This document shows positions 32,699 to 42,759 of a stretch of 64,000 nucleotides of DNA, one piece after another. Position 1 is the stretch's first letter; the number at the start of each line of letters is the position of its first letter. Origin of the DNA: Lytechinus pictus. Lineage: Eukaryota. The stretch spans positions 4,092,001 through 4,156,000 of the forward strand of contig NC_087250.1 of the NCBI RefSeq assembly GCF_037042905.1, written 5' to 3'. A model generated the notes under the pieces. The model was given only the letters and a program-made list of their open reading frames with translations, searched no databases and was not told the DNA's origin. The position numbers were made by a program, and so were the translations under genes.

Positions 32699-35196
32699 CA
32701 ACTAACCCTACAATAGGACCCTTTGAAACACATTGATATCAATATTGAATCCAAATTGAAACCAATTAAAACCATTTGAAAATTCAATGGGTATTAATGA
32801 ATTGTGTCTAGGTGGGAGCTTTCGCCAATTGGAGGCGGAAAAATATTTCCATCCATATTTTCCCTGATCTGTCGCTAAAAGCTGATTTTGGTTATATTTG
32901 ACTGGGTTATTCTTAGTAAAGGCATATCTTAGATCTTTTGTTACAAACATGATATTAAAGGTGTATAATAATGCGAACGTGGCGAGCTCAATGTATTTGA
33001 TTTTCATAAAGTTATACCTAAAAATCAAACATTCTGAACCGTTTCTGTAATGATCAACAAGAGGAGTACCTAACTAAACAATACTTGCGAGCGGGAAGCG
33101 CGAGCTGATTTTTTTAACATCAATATCTCACTGATCAAATAATGCGAGCGCGAAGCGCGAGCCGATATTTTTTTATATTCAGAACTTAAAACAGGGATTT
33201 CTAAGCCCTTTTTTGTAATCATGAACAGGGTAGGTACAGTATATACCTAATCAATAAATGCGAATGTGAAGCGCAAGCTGAACCTTTTAAAGGGGACCTG
33301 GAAAAGACTGATAGCAGTTATTTAGGAAAAGGTCCTACATCTTACCGATCACATAGTTCGAGGGGGAAACGCGAGCAGAAATCTTTGTACAAACAGGCTT
33401 AGAGGCTTTATTGACCTGAAAATGAACGTTCTAAACACTGTTTGACTTATAATTATGGAAATCGAGAATTTTTGTTTTTAGATAAAGATGTGAGCTAGAC
33501 TGCATGAGCGCATTTTTGGCACTAATTTGTATTTATGAAATGAATGCTTACCTTACTAAATAATTAATAATAATAATAATAATATATATATATATAGATA
33601 TATGTTGTTGTTGTTGTTTTTTTTTTTTTTGGGGGGGGGGGTAAAGTGACATGCAAAAGGAATGTTTATCTGACTATTAGTAGGAATTCATCAAAGGGAA
33701 ACACGTCTCACGAATTAAATGATACGAGCACGAAGTGCGAGCGGTAATTTCAGTATCCAGAGCTGAAAAGGAACGTTTTCATCATTGTTAGCCATTTATG
33801 AAACTAGGCCTATTGGGCGGATAATTTTGTCATGAGATAAACCAACCTTAGTACCAGATCGACTTAGAAACATTCGGTGGACATGGCCTACTTTGTCTCC
33901 CACTCTTAAAATTTTGGCAAGGGGCCTACTATGCGAGCAGAATGCGAGAGCTGAAATTAGTTGACATACGCCTAACTGACCTTAAACCACATTATTCTTC
34001 AAGCATATTTATAAGCGAGAAGCGTAGGCAAGTGTGTTTTGTTGACCTGGTAACAGGAAATATAGGTCTATAACATACATTTATAGGACTAGCTTTATCA
34101 CTAATACATATCTCACAAAAACGAGCGCGAAGAGAGCTGCTGCAGCTGAATTTGTGCCTCATGAAAAGAAATATATTTTGAGGACTGTTCGTATGATAGG
34201 TTATAAAAACAAAATGTAAGTGCGGAGCTCGAGTTTGATTTTTTTATAAGGCCTACAAGCTTTCTTACCCCAAAAAATGCAAATTTTAGGACTGTTTCTT
34301 TTAGTAGCCAAGACTTGTTTTATAATTGATAATATGCCTTATGAGAGCGCAATAAAATACGGGTGCTAGATTTTAATTCAGACCTGAAGAATGAACATTT
34401 AAAGAAGTTTTGTACTCATGATCAGAACGGAATGCGAAGAACGAATTAATATTTTTGGTATTATAATTTGACCTGAAAATCCGGACGATCGAGTGAGGAT
34501 TTTTTTTAATTACTATTATTTTGGTGGGACGTCAATATAAAGTTTCAATTATGATTTTCTGTAAATTTTAAAATAAAAGACAAGTTTTTAATGGTTCTTA
34601 AGATGATTGATACCCCCATTCGAATAAGCCATGTCCCCTTTTCCTGATTTGTTGTGATGATTTTGACATTGTATTAAAAACATAATTTATTTTCCCCTTA
34701 TTCTATTTTAATGTTCTTTGTTTTTTGTTCTTGGTCCTGGATTTTCTTATTTTCTATTTATTATTTCTTTTTTTTGGGGTGGGGGGAAGGGTGGGGTCCT
34801 GTTCCCTAAATCTATGCGCCATTCTTCTTCTTCCAGAGTAAGTGCTGCTTCAAGGTGATGAAGTATATGGTGTTTGGTATGTTATTTTTCATGGGGAATT
34901 GGTATAATATTCATATTAATTCAGTTTGGGGACGTACGGCACATACAGACTACAATTAGCGGGGTTGGGCAATTTATAGGACCGGCAATATCAACCCCAA
35001 ACCCCCAAAAGTCATTAATACCCCCCTAAAAAAAGTATAAACAAATTGAAATGAAAGGGATCATCCACTTCACATCATTATTGGCATCATCATCATCATC
35101 ATCTGGTACGGGATGAAGGCGCAAGCCTGTAATTCCCGGTCGTTTCTTGTATGATTGGTCACTGAAAACTACTACTTCATGAGCTTGCGTGAGGAG

Positions 35197-38100
35197 TCAT
35201 GGAAGCTCAAAGTGTTTTTTTTGCCAAAAAATATCAATATTTCTTTTAAATTTGTCTGTTGTTGGCATTTGTATTAGGTTTTCAGGAAGACTATTCCAGT
35301 CACTGATGACTCTTCTACTGAAAGACTTATTTCTCACATCCAGTTTGCTATGGGATTTCAATAATTTCATGGAGTGACCTCTTGTAGAGTTACTACCAGA
35401 CTTGGAGAAGAAATGGTCTGGAGAAATGTTGACCAATCCATGCATAATCTGGTGGACCATTATCATATCTCCTCTCCTCCTTCTATAATAGAGTGAGTAC
35501 ATGTTAAGTTCCCTGAGTCTCCTTTCATACGGTACGTTTCTCAAGTCCTTCACTAGTTTTGTTGCTCGCCTCTGTACTCTCTCAACCTTCTTGGCATGTT
35601 CTGTAAATCTACCGTTCCAGATGACGCTCCCATATTCCAGATGTGGTCTAATTAATGTCTTGAAGAGAATGGGCAAGGTAGATTTGTTTAGTTGAGTGAA
35701 AGTTCTCTTTACGATTCCAAGCAGTTGGTATGCCTTATTAACAGCTAGAGACACATGCTGATGAAATTTCAATTGATTATCAACTGTTACCCCAAGATCC
35801 TTTTCGGTAGCTACTGACTTCACTTCTTGTTCCAACATATAAAATTTTGCTTCTGGATTATTCCTTCCGATGTGTAGAACTTTACATTTACTGCTATTGA
35901 AAGGTAACTGCCATTTCGCTGACCATAATTGTAGTCTATCCAGGTCTTCTTGAAGATCTTTGATCTTTGATAAGTCACTCACTATATTGTAAAGTTTGGT
36001 GTCGTCGGCAAATAAAGCAACATTACTCTTGTTGACAGCAGATGATAGGTCATTGATAAAGACTAGGAAGAGAATAGGTCCGAGAACACTCCCTTGCGGT
36101 ATTCCGCTTGATACTGGAGACCATGGAGATAGTTCCCTGTTTACTCGTACACGCTGAACTCTTCCTGTCAAAAATTCTCGCATCCAGATAAGAAGTTGGC
36201 CCGTAATTCCGTGTCTCTCTAGTTTACGTAGTAGCCTTTCATGGGGAACACTGTCAAATGCTTTGCGAAAATCTAAGTACAAAACATCGATTGGCTTCCC
36301 TTCATCAAGCATCTGCGTCCATTCTTCAAGCACATACAGAAGTTGTGTGGAACATGACCGTCCTGGGATGAATCCATGTTGGTTATAATACAACAATTGA
36401 TTATCTTGCAAATGATCCACTACAGCATTCCTCACAATCTTTTCCATTAGTTTTCCTGCTATCGATGTAAGACTCACCGGTCTGTAGTTAGAAATCTGTG
36501 TTCTAGTTCCTTTCTTGGGAAGAGGAATTACAATTCCCTTTTTCCAGTCAGCTGGAATTTTACCTTCATGCATTGACTTGTTGAATATGATAGATAGTGG
36601 TTCTGCAATAACTTCACCCAACTCCTTCAGCACTTTAGGATGGATCCCGTCTGGGCCAGCTGATTTATTCACATTTAAGGTTTTGATCATTTTTGTCACA
36701 TCTGATGTTTCAAATCCTAACTTTTCCATACAAGGTATATCAGCGTCTACTCCGGTCACATAATCTGGAAAGTTTTGTAAGTCTTCAACAGTAAATACTT
36801 CACAAAAGTATTTGTTAAGGACATCTGCCTTTTCCTTATCAGTTTCTACTAGAGATCCATCATCTCTTCTAAGACTTCCTATCTGACTTCTACCTTTAAT
36901 CTTGCTATTTGCGTACCTCCAAAAAGCCTTAGGATTAAAGTTGATACTTTCCACTAGGTCATCTTCAAAGTTACGACTGGCTGCTCTTGTTGCCTTTCTT
37001 AGCTCATTTCTTGCCTTCTTATATGAATTTAAGTCTGCTTGTTTCTCGTCTTCATTTCTATAAACACTTTTGGTATAGCGTTTCCATTTTCGTGCTTTTT
37101 TCTTAGAAAGTTTCAGGATTGGTTTAGTAATATAGATGTTCCGTCTTTTGTCTTTACTACATTGTCTCATTGGAACATACTTTTTGACAAGAACTTCCAC
37201 TTTCTCTCGCAGCAAATTCCATGCTCGATCACAATCAAGTAATTCAAGTTCATCCTCCCAATTGATAGGTTCAAGAGAGAGTTTCATAGATTCATAATCT
37301 CCTTTCTGAAATATCATACGAGTTTCTTTTGTTTCCAACATTCTCAGGTCATTATCTATATTCAAATGGGCAAATAAGCATACATGATCACTAAGTCCTA
37401 AAGGTGGAAGATATTGCAGTGCAGTAACTATGGTGTCAGAGTTAGCAAGCATTAAGTCCAAAGTGTTGGACTTCTGTCCGCTTCTATGTCGTGTTGGTTC
37501 CAATACATGTTGTATAAGAAATGATTCTTGAGTAGCAGTTAGGAACATGTTCGAAGGATGATTGGGCGATGCTTTCACATATGACTTCTCCCAGTCTACT
37601 TCGGGATAATTGAAATCTCCAGTGATCAATAAGTACTTTTCTCCATTCTCACTGGCTGCTTTAATAAGATCACACAGTTTCCTGTTATTTTCTTTTGAAC
37701 TTGATGGACTCCTGTAGATACATCCTACCAACATTCTATCTTTTCCAGTTAGCTGGATTGAACACCATATGGATTCGGTAAAGTCTACAGAAAAGAAAAC
37801 TTCATGGGCATTTAGTCTATTACTAATATATACTACCACTCCACGAAGACTGGATTCCCGATCAATGTTTGTAAATGTCTGAAATCCCTCTAGTCTTAAC
37901 ACTTCCGGGGTTGCTTTGAACAAACTTGATTTTGGTGCTACTTCACATATCATAATCAAATCTGGTTTTTGCACCCCAATCACAATGAGTAGATTTTCCA
38001 TTTTGTTTAGTAACGAGTCAGAATTTGTGTATAGCACTTTCAAATTGTTTCGGTTGAGTTGTATGCCATTATTCACTTGTTCTCCAGTAGCTCCCTCGAG
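35197..38100 (-). CDS. CR1 ORF2: AP endonuclease + reverse transcriptase, intact
   Basis: KVLYTN, CIYRSP, GDFN, SDH, NYRPVSLTS, QHGF, DFRKAFDSV, GIPQGSVLGP, FADD, RPHLEY, RVISDWNSLP. No internal stops. Confidence 0.92.
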   Translation of the reverse strand, partial: LEGATGEQVNNGIQLNRNNLKVLYTNSDSLLNKMENLLIVIGVQKPDLIMICEVAPKSSLFKATPEVLRLEGFQTFTNIDRESSLRGVVVYISNRLNAHEVFFSVDFTESIWCSIQLTGKDRMLVGCIYRSPSSSKENNRKLCDLIKAASENGEKYLLITGDFNYPEVDWEKSYVKASPNHPSNMFLTATQESFLIQHVLEPTRHRSGQKSNTLDLMLANSDTIVTALQYLPPLGLSDHVCLFAHLNIDNDLRMLETKETRMIFQKGDYESMKLSLEPINWEDELELLDCDRAWNLLREKVEVLVKKYVPMRQCSKDKRRNIYITKPILKLSKKKARKWKRYTKSVYRNEDEKQADLNSYKKARNELRKATRAASRNFEDDLVESINFNPKAFWRYANSKIKGRSQIGSLRRDDGSLVETDKEKADVLNKYFCEVFTVEDLQNFPDYVTGVDADIPCMEKLGFETSDVTKMIKTLNVNKSAGPDGIHPKVLKELGEVIAEPLSIIFNKSMHEGKIPADWKKGIVIPLPKKGTRTQISNYRPVSLTSIAGKLMEKIVRNAVVDHLQDNQLLYYNQHGFIPGRSCSTQLLYVLEEWTQMLDEGKPIDVLYLDFRKAFDSVPHERLLRKLERHGITGQLLIWMREFLTGRVQRVRVNRELSPWSPVSSGIPQGSVLGPILFLVFINDLSSAVNKSNVALFADDTKLYNIVSDLSKIKDLQEDLDRLQLWSAKWQLPFNSSKCKVLHIGRNNPEAKFYMLEQEVKSVATEKDLGVTVDNQLKFHQHVSLAVNKAYQLLGIVKRTFTQLNKSTLPILFKTLIRPHLEYGSVIWNGRFTEHAKKVERVQRRATKLVKDLRNVPYERRLRELNMYSLYYRRRRGDMIMVHQIMHGLVNISPDHFFSKSGSNSTRGHSMKLLKSHSKLDVRNKSFSRRVISDWNSLPENLIQMPTTDKFKRNIDIFWQKKHFELP

Positions 38101-38960
38101 TCATACTGTTTTAGGAGCCCCACCAACTGCTCCAAATGTGCCATCTATCTCAATATCACTATCACTAACTTCATCGCTAGATGTTGGAGGAGATGTATTA
38201 CTCACATTTTCCCTGAGATTTTCTTCTTGATGGGCTGGTTTTGCTCTATCATCTTTTGTAAAGTCCTTCTTTCTCCATCGTGATACTATCTTACCATGTC
38301 GTATCATCAGGTTATGTTCGCCTTGATCCCTCCTTGCCCTCAGCTCTTGGCGTAGCTTCCAGCTCTCTTCACGCTGCTGCTTCGTCATGTCAGGAGCAAT
38401 GTACGTGTTTCTCCATCTTTCATTCTCACGCAAGTTCCTTGATGCTGCTAGAATGTCCCTCTTCATGCTCTCGTTCTCCAAGTGTACAAGCAGAACTCTT
38501 GCTTTATCCTTAACTTGCCTTTGACCTCCAAGACGGATAGCCTTATTAATGATGACATCTTTAACTTTGAGGCTATTTGTGACAAGGTCTGTAATGAGTT
38601 TCTTGTCTTCAGCTACCCTATCTTGGATCTGAACTTGTTTTGATTCTGGTACATTGTAGAATACAATATTATTTTTCCTTCGCTCTCTGTCAACTAGTTC
38701 TTCCATCGTGATCATGCTTACAACACTCTCAATGCCACTATTTGTGTCAACATGGCCAATATTTTCACTGTTTTTGTCATATCTTGTAGATCTTTTATCA
38801 GTTTCTAGTTCTGACTTCTGGAGTATAGTTACTCTTTGCCTTGCTTGACCTGAACCAGCATTGGTTAGCCCTTGCTCGCATGCTTCTGCATAGGATTTTT
38901 TCACCTGTTTTAGATCATCATCAACCATTTCTTTCATTGTCTGTTGAGCATTTTGTAAGC
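38101..38960 (-). CDS. CR1 ORF1, C-terminal part (RRM-type)
   Basis: ERRKNNIVFYNVPES, AIRLG and YIAPDMTKQQRE motifs typical of LINE ORF1. Confidence 0.8.
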
Positions 38961-39474
38961 CTTCGTCAGAAAAAAAAAGACCGCTATTAGTTCTTTTTTC
39001 TTCTTCCTCTTCTTTTGTTTTCTTGAATGATAATATTCAACTTTGGGACAGACCCATTGAGAGTGTTACGTTGGAGATCATTTAGGTGTGGGCGTGGACT
39101 GTGGAAACGATAAACATAAACAACAAAAGTAATTTTTCAATGAGCATTTGCTTCATTAAAGCGACTTTACAGATGGGTGTTTCAGAGGCTTGCCCAATTT
39201 CACAACATTGATTGGTCAAAATGTTTCGTAAGTTATTTCCTTGTTATTTACAGTTTTAAAGACTAATAGATTAATACACGATGACCATTATACCATAGAA
39301 AAGATTGAAGCATGTAGGAAAGAATGATTTTAGTGATTTGTGACCTTTTTCCTCTTCACGTAGAACGTTATTTAATCGTATTCGTACTACCGGTACTACT
39401 ACGCACTCTGGAAGGTCGCAGCCTGCGGCCCCACTGCCTGACGTGCTGCCCAGACAGGACGGTAACGTGACGGG

Positions 39475-39526
39475 GACGGTCACGCATAATACCACCGCCG
39501 CGGCGGTGGTATTATGCGTGACCGTC
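39475..39526. repeat. Perfect 52-bp palindrome with no spacer
   Basis: GACGGTCACGCATAATACCACCGCCG|CGGCGGTGGTATTATGCGTGACCGTC. Confidence 0.97.
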
Positions 39527-39630
39527 ATTTTCTCCTGGCAGTTCTGCAGCTGCGTTCTTCTTCTTCTTCTTCCTGTAAAGTACAGACTGCCGTTGGCATA
39601 TTATCGTACTCGTGCTTGTCAAGTGCCCAG

Positions 39631-40655
39631 GGGCCCGTTTCTCAACACATGGACAAGTTAGTCATATCTTTATCCACCAACCACGGAGTTAGTTCCAATC
39701 TTACTAAACCTGTTTCTCGAAAGGCTTCCTAACTAGAATACATTGATATCGATACTATCGGTAAAAAGAGCAGACGAGACGTAGCCTTAGTCACAATATA
39801 GCATAATTTTCAAAAAGAAAAATTATGACAAAATTGCAAATATTGTGATGAATTGGGAAATAAATCTTTTTAAAATAATAGCACAGGTGAATTATGCATC
39901 ATACATACTTAGACCATGAAGACTGGAGCATTCAATTGCACAGAAAATTAAATTATGAATAATTCATTTCATGACTAAAAAATCACTTGTGGACGTTGAG
40001 ATGGGTACCCCCGGGATATCCAATTTTGATAGTTTACGAAAGTAAACCATAACGGTTTTCTTTTTAAAATGATGATAATTATACGGTCTTTTACGATTCC
40101 AAACGTCATCAAAATATAGTTTAACGAAACATTTTCAATCATTTATACCGAAACATACGATATTTGACAAATTATATGCATAAATTAGAGATAGAATTTA
40201 TCCAAATGTATAGGGGTCTGAAAACAACAAATACGAGTTCAGTTATGGATGGCCTGACGTGTAGAATCTTTATCGATTAAATCTTTTTACTATTTCAAAA
40301 TGAATCGTTTTGTGGCGTTTTACCAACAGTTTTTATAGTTTCTTTGTATTACAATTATCATTGAATGCATTAACCCACTTGTTTTGTGATGTAATTTCAA
40401 CCTCTATGATTGATTACGTAAGATTGTAATTTTAAAATTTCTAGGCACTTTTGCATGTCATAGTCTACCCACGTGATACCACTACGTCATTAAGAAAGAA
40501 GTTATGACAGGTTCGGAGGTGTCATAAATATTTAGTGAGGTCGTTGTACCCGATCTTGGTAAAGAGGGCTTCGTGAAACGGATAGCGGACAAGTAGCTCA
40601 CTATCTCTGATTTAGTCAAGAAGTTAGACTTATGACGGTGTTGAGAAACGGGCCC
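39631..40655. mobile_element. PIF/Harbinger-like non-autonomous element
   Basis: Perfect TIR GGGCCCGTTTCTCAACAC and 3-bp TSD CAG (39628-39630, 40656-40658). Confidence 0.85.
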
Positions 40656-40965
40656 CAGATGAATAGTGCGAGTAAAAATCTCTACAAAACTATGTAGGCC
40701 TATGTGTGGCTAAAAACAGAAGAGGCCTTAACGAAGCCTCCTTTGCTGCACCTCCTGCTTGAAAGACGCGAGGGAGGTGCTGTGAACTATCTTTGCTGGG
40801 AGTGAGTTCCATATTCTGATAGCATCAGGAAAGAATGTTTTTTTGATATATTTGTGTTCTGGCGTTTGCCGTCTTCAAGTCCACTTGAAGTTGAAGACGA
40901 CATATCTAATGATTTGTGTGTCAAATATAACTTATAAAAAATAAGACCAAAGCCAAAGGCCCAAA

Positions 40966-41393
40966 CAGTAGAGGCGCACGGCCAATATTGGAGACTGTCT
41001 CCAATGTGGGAGATTATTTCCAATATCAGAGACTTTTGTAAAGAATTTGGGTATCCAATTTCAGAGACAGTCTCCAGTTTTGGAGTCCAATTTCCTTTGT
41101 TTACATTTGCTGCAAAAGGATTAACTTGGCGGCAAATAAAAATGTGATAAGCAGATTCCTCATGAAAAATTACCCCTTTTCACCGTCTACTTTAAAAATT
41201 CACCGTCTACTTTTGTTTTGATAAGGATTTTTGTTGTCAATCACACACAAAACAAATGGGCTTCTGACCTCAGTGAGACAAAATTTTGGGTGGAAAAAAT
41301 CATGCTTTTGTTGGTGTTGTTTCTTTTGTCCTTTTGCAAAGCAAGTCTCCAATGTGGGAGATTGTCTCCCCTATTGGCCGTGCGCCTCTACTG
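40966..41393. mobile_element. MITE with 22-bp TIR and 5-bp TSD
   Basis: CAGTAGAGGCGCACGGCCAATA / TATTGGCCGTGCGCCTCTACTG, with CCAAA on both sides. Confidence 0.85.
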
Positions 41394-41964
41394 CCAAAAG
41401 AAAACTTTGAGATCCTTTAGGCTTTATGTTGAATTTGAACATTATTATAATGCCAATTCCTTGGCTGTTCTGAACTCTGTTAGTGCTATTGAATATTGCT
41501 CCACTCACCAATCAAAATCAGAGCCAGAGGAGAAATTCAAAAAAAAAAATTGTTTAAGAACTCAAATTTAAACAGAAGAGATGGCTACCATCTGTCTAAC
41601 GTTAGAAAGTAGATCTAGATCATCTACGATAGACAATGAATATTATAGGTGGTGAAGAATGGTGGTGAAGTAATTACTGAAGAATTAGATAATCATAATC
41701 AATATCACCTTTTTAGTGGAGCATTCAAACTTTGTTTCACTTTATGTCTTAATTCAATGAGGAAAAATCAAGATGTTTCATAAAATGTATATGGGGTGGA
41801 GTGGGTGACAGACAGTACTTTTTTTGTAGGATCACTCATGCATTAATTTGCATATTAAATAACTCCAAGCGAACCGACCAGAAATGAATTGAATGTGCAT
41901 ATCTAACCATTTTTGTGAAAATAAAGCGTAGCACTTAATACTGTAGTAGTCTAAATTAATATAT

Positions 41965-42300
41965 CATCATTCATCATCATCATCATTGTACGGAAGAAGT
42001 AGATGATTCTGTAATTCTTCCGATCTTTCCTTCGAGATATCATTTACTAGTCCATAAACTAATTAACATGTGTGGAGGGTGCATGGTCTCTCTGGAAGAA
42101 TTTGGTGTATATTGAGGACCAGTATTTGTCCAGTCCACTCATTCAATGAACAAGGTTATGATAAAATGGTCCAGTGTAGTTTTGAAAGAATTCAACGTGG
42201 ATGCCGAGATTACAGAAGAAGAGGGACTGATCCAGGAGTCAATCACTCTGACTAAAACTGTTTTTCCTTAGCACTGAGTTGCTTACAGCTTCATGTGATG
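41965..42300 (-). mobile_element. Degenerate CR1 3' fragment
   Basis: RKNSFS...RVIDSW...STLNSFKTTLD-like remnant, terminal GGAAGAA...TTCTTCC stem and (GAT)n tail. Confidence 0.6.
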
Positions 42301-42534
42301 ACCATTGCTGCTACTGTGGACTTAATGTCATCTTGCACATATAGATCTAGATCTAGTTGATCTAAATCCTATATTGATGAAGTTTTCAGTACTGTGCTGA
42401 TATGATTTGTCTCTTCCTTCAGATATATTTTTACAGCTGGACTTGCCCTGAAAGAAATCTATCCTTGGATAATTGAACATGTATTTATTATTTCCCCTTC
42501 ATTTCACTCTGTAGCTCAACGCTTAGGAAGATGG

Positions 42535-42759
42535 ATGCTTGCCAGGGCACTCCTGCAGAAGACTGGCGCCCGTTCTCGGAGTACAGTCCCTGCAGCAGTG
42601 CTGGACAACACCATGCAAGAAGTGATGGACTCCATTCACGAGGCTGGGACATACAAACCAGAAAGGGTGATCACCACCAGGCAAGCGGCTGACATCAAGG
42701 TGGCCGGAATGTCGAAGAATATTCTCAACTTTTGTGCAAACAACTACCTAGGCCTCTCT
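42535..42759 (+). CDS. GCAT: GCAT coding exon 1 (acceptor at 42514/42515)
   Basis: MLARALLQK...[11 protein letters not shown]|gtaagt. An upstream in-frame extension cannot be excluded. Confidence 0.9.

Larger units (their letters stand above)
30288..32816. mobile_element. Non-autonomous DNA transposon with CCC...GGG termini and 2-bp TSD (AG), EnSpm/CMC-like
   Basis: Degenerate TIRs (AATACCCAATGAATTTC / GAAAATTCAATGGGTATT) and many CCAATTGG subrepeats. Removing it restores the host element. Confidence 0.65.
30273..34822. mobile_element. Older copy of the 68-2200 element family, interrupted at 30288
   Basis: CAGGGGCGGATCCAG...CTTTCGCCAAT rejoins across the insertion and matches 68-95. GCGAGCGCGAAGCGCGAGC-type motifs at ~33087, 33144, 33259 and 33724. 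The right end is approximate. Confidence 0.65.
35085..38965 (-). mobile_element. CR1-clade LINE, 5'-truncated within ORF1
   Basis: ORF1 and ORF2, a 3' stem-loop GGGA-ATTAC-AGGC-TTGC-GCCT-TCA-TCCC and a (GAT)n tail at 35085-35103. The 5' boundary is approximate and no TSD was found. Confidence 0.9.

Noticed and set aside
39271-39661. Opposite-strand ORFs sharing the peptide TVTHNTTAAAVVLCVTV
   Set aside because: This follows trivially from the 52-bp palindrome, and there is no coding evidence.
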